IMG/VR virus record: IMGVR_UViG_3300005662_003801
Coordinates: 1-38,510 of that record
Length of the DNA stretch: 38,510 bases
Strand: one strand, 5' to 3'
Origin: a virus
Taxonomy: Duplodnaviria > Caudoviricetes
Shown here: piece after piece, positions 36,776 to 38,510 of the stretch
Position numbering within the stretch: position 1 is the first letter of the stretch
Layout of the letters: each line of letters opens with the position of its first letter
Program-made: the position numbers and the translations under genes
The notes under the pieces: generated by a model
Seen by the model: the letters and a program-made list of their open reading frames with translations, nothing else
Database searches by the model: none
Told to the model about the DNA's origin: nothing

Positions 36776-36800
36776 TGTTAGTTTCTCCTTGATTTAGTGT

Positions 36801-36808
36801 TATTTATA
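36801..36808 (-). promoter_or_regulatory. T4-type late promoter TATAAATA for g23
   Basis: Exact consensus in the g22-g23 gap, upstream of the AAGGAG SD. Confidence 0.85.
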
Positions 36809-36810
36809 AT

Positions 36811-37746
36811 TTAGTAAGTTTTGGTTTGACGTGACAGTGCATTTACATATACAGACATTGGTCCTTCAGATGCTACTGGAACGTTCCGTTGTTCTGTAAG
36901 TGTTTCCATATCTTTGGCAACTACAGGAGCAGCCTTCAGATAATTTTCCTTGATAATAGTGAGTTTGTTGTGAAAATCTTGAGCGTTTGTAAATTCAATA
37001 CTTTCAGCTAGAGAGGCAAGACGTTCTGCGTCTACTTGTGACATGTCAGAAACAGTCTCTAAGAAAATAGCTCTAGCATTACCAGCAGCAATTTCCTTTT
37101 TAAGTTGAATATTATTTTCAATTTGCTCGTTTAGATTTTCTTCTAGTTGTTGATTCTCTGTGAATAGATCTTCTAGAATATCGTGTTTGCTTTCTGGAAC
37201 TTCGATGTAGTGAGTTTCAAACAAATTCTTCAAACCACTGATGAAGCTTTCAGAAATTTCGGTACGAATGCCGCCTTCTACAGCAAGCTTGTTTTCCTTG
37301 ACCCACTCTTCTACAACGTAGTTTAGGTACTCGTCTAAACGAGTGGCTAGTTCTTCAGTAACCTTTTGTACTTCTTCTTGAATGATGGTGGCACTTTCAC
37401 GAAGAACTTGTTCACGAATCTTGGTGGTGCGCTCGTTGAGCACAGCTTCAAAGATTACAGCAGTCTTGCTCATGAACTCTTCAGAAAGGTTTTCACCGTT
37501 GAATAGTGAATCGAGGTGTTCGCTTACTGCGGTTTCTTCTTCTTGTTCTGCACCAATTGGTTGTGCAATTTTTTGACCGCTATCTTGACCAGCACTCATT
37601 GGTTGAAGACTAGCTTGATTGCGTTGAGCGTTTCCTTCCATCCAACTGGTGTCTAGTGTGCCAAGAAATGGACCTTTGCCTGTTGCATCAAATGAGCCTT
37701 TTCCGGTTGTATCGTGATCTACTGGTCGTTGTTGTGTTTTTTTCAT
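36811..37746 (-). CDS. g22: Prohead core scaffold protein gp22
   Basis: LSEEF..K.AVIFEA, LDEYLNYVVEEW, ESFISGLKNLF..HYIEVP, KENY, MSVYVNALS. Confidence 0.92.
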   Translation of the reverse strand: MKKTQQRPVDHDTTGKGSFDATGKGPFLGTLDTSWMEGNAQRNQASLQPMSAGQDSGQKIAQPIGAEQEEETAVSEHLDSLFNGENLSEEFMSKTAVIFEAVLNERTTKIREQVLRESATIIQEEVQKVTEELATRLDEYLNYVVEEWVKENKLAVEGGIRTEISESFISGLKNLFETHYIEVPESKHDILEDLFTENQQLEENLNEQIENNIQLKKEIAAGNARAIFLETVSDMSQVDAERLASLAESIEFTNAQDFHNKLTIIKENYLKAAPVVAKDMETLTEQRNVPVASEGPMSVYVNALSRQTKTY

Positions 37747-37768
37747 GTTTTTTTTCCTAATACTTTTT

Positions 37769-37776
37769 TATTTATA
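37769..37776 (-). promoter_or_regulatory. T4-type late promoter TATAAATA for g22
   Basis: Exact consensus 22 nt upstream of the g22 ATG. Confidence 0.8.
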
Positions 37777-37797
37777 ATAAATTATTTTTTACTAAAA

Positions 37798-38280
37798 TTA
37801 CGTTCTATACGCTGAAACTCTGGGGTCTAATGCAGCTGCAGCAAAATATGTTGGTAATTGCTCTTCAAACCCAGTTTGTACTAAATTTTGTGCAATACCA
37901 CCAACTGCTGGTATTTTTCCTAATTTGCTGGTCAGACTACCCATCAGGCCATATCCTGGAAGACTGCTCATTAATTCTTTTCCATGTGCCTCGTAATCTG
38001 CCATGGCTTGTGGTGAAAATCCAGACTGCGCTAAATTTCCTAATAAAGCTGCAGGTCTTCTTTGCTTAGGAGTTGCCATCCAGGTAGCAAGTCCTCCTCC
38101 TAGTTTCATTAAAAGATTGCTGCTTGTTGGTGTGGTTCCAGATTGTGTTCCTTGTGCACCACCTTGCCCGGTTCCGCCTTGTCTTCTTTCTGTTAACAAA
38201 GCTTTTAAAGAGTTTGGTTTAAATCTTAAATTATTTGTTTCTCGTAAAGAAACAATATCTATTAACAGTGGTGATTTCAT
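37798..38280 (-). CDS. Hypothetical Gly-rich protein between g21 and g22 (candidate internal head protein)
   Basis: 160 aa; ATGA overlap with g21; LRE and LTE motifs near the N-terminus, then a GGTGQGGAQG tract. Confidence 0.55.
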   Translation of the reverse strand: MKSPLLIDIVSLRETNNLRFKPNSLKALLTERRQGGTGQGGAQGTQSGTTPTSSNLLMKLGGGLATWMATPKQRRPAALLGNLAQSGFSPQAMADYEAHGKELMSSLPGYGLMGSLTSKLGKIPAVGGIAQNLVQTGFEEQLPTYFAAAALDPRVSAYRT

Positions 38281-38510
38281 CCCAATTTCCTTAAAAAGTC
38301 TTCAAATAATTTTACAGCTTTTTGTTCTAGTTGACGAGCAGATGCACGAGAAAGTTCTCGGTGATACTCTTCAATTTGACGTTCAACCAGCATACCGTTA
38401 TCCCAGATCCACTCTTTGCCTTCCATGATACCGTTTACAAATGCATTAGGAGCTGAAGGATCGGCAACAATGTCTACAGCAGAAAGCATGAAGTCGGGTT
38501 GAACTTCATT
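38277..38510 (-). CDS. g21: Prohead protease gp21, C-terminal part (runs off the window)
   Basis: Frame open to the window edge: NEVQPDFMLSAVDIVADPSAPNAFVNGIMEGKEW. Confidence 0.93.
   Translation of the reverse strand, partial: NEVQPDFMLSAVDIVADPSAPNAFVNGIMEGKEWIWDNGMLVERQIEEYHRELSRASARQLEQKAVKLFEDFLRKLG

Noticed and set aside
3051-38428. The other plus-strand ORFs and short alternative-frame minus-strand ORFs in the track
   Set aside because: They lie over well-supported minus-strand genes and have no recognisable motifs.
1-38510. tRNAs, CRISPR arrays, introns, inteins, homing endonucleases, stop-codon recoding
   Set aside because: Intergenic gaps are short, I saw no repeat-spacer pattern or cloverleaf, core genes are of normal length, and standard-code ORFs tile the window.

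Overview
This window is a fragment of a large T4-like (myovirus-type) phage genome, with every credible gene on the minus strand. In transcription order (right to left) it holds the head module: g21 (partial), an inserted 160-aa gene, g22 and g23. Next come g3, uvsY, uvsW, g55, g47, g46, an RNase H/5'-3' exonuclease, g45, g44, an inserted methyltransferase, g62 and regA. Two bases after the regA stop, where T4 has g43, a visibly AT-rich ~21-kb run of 25 co-oriented genes begins. It encodes about 17 glycosyltransferase or GT-like proteins (GT2-TPR, GT4, GT6, GT7/GT2-like, GT10, GT11, GT23-like, GT47, GT77-like, HtrL-like and a triplicated unknown family). It also encodes Gmd, a UDP-sugar dehydrogenase, an epimerase, a kinase, a nucleotidyltransferase-HAD fusion, two methyltransferases and NadE. 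I see no flippase, polymerase, transporter or membrane priming enzyme, which points to a soluble, cytoplasmic glycan-building system, possibly decorating the virion. The island ends in a late-promoter-driven TPR glycosyltransferase that leads into putative structural genes. These are a beta-sandwich protein, an unannotated 42-aa micro-ORF that mirrors the N-terminus of the next gene, a GH56 (hyaluronidase)-like protein and a collagen-repeat protein. Regulatory signals include T4-type late promoters, several apparently leaderless transcripts, and a perfect sigma70 consensus promoter pointing antisense from the g55 start. All family calls come from motifs recognised by eye, not from database searches.
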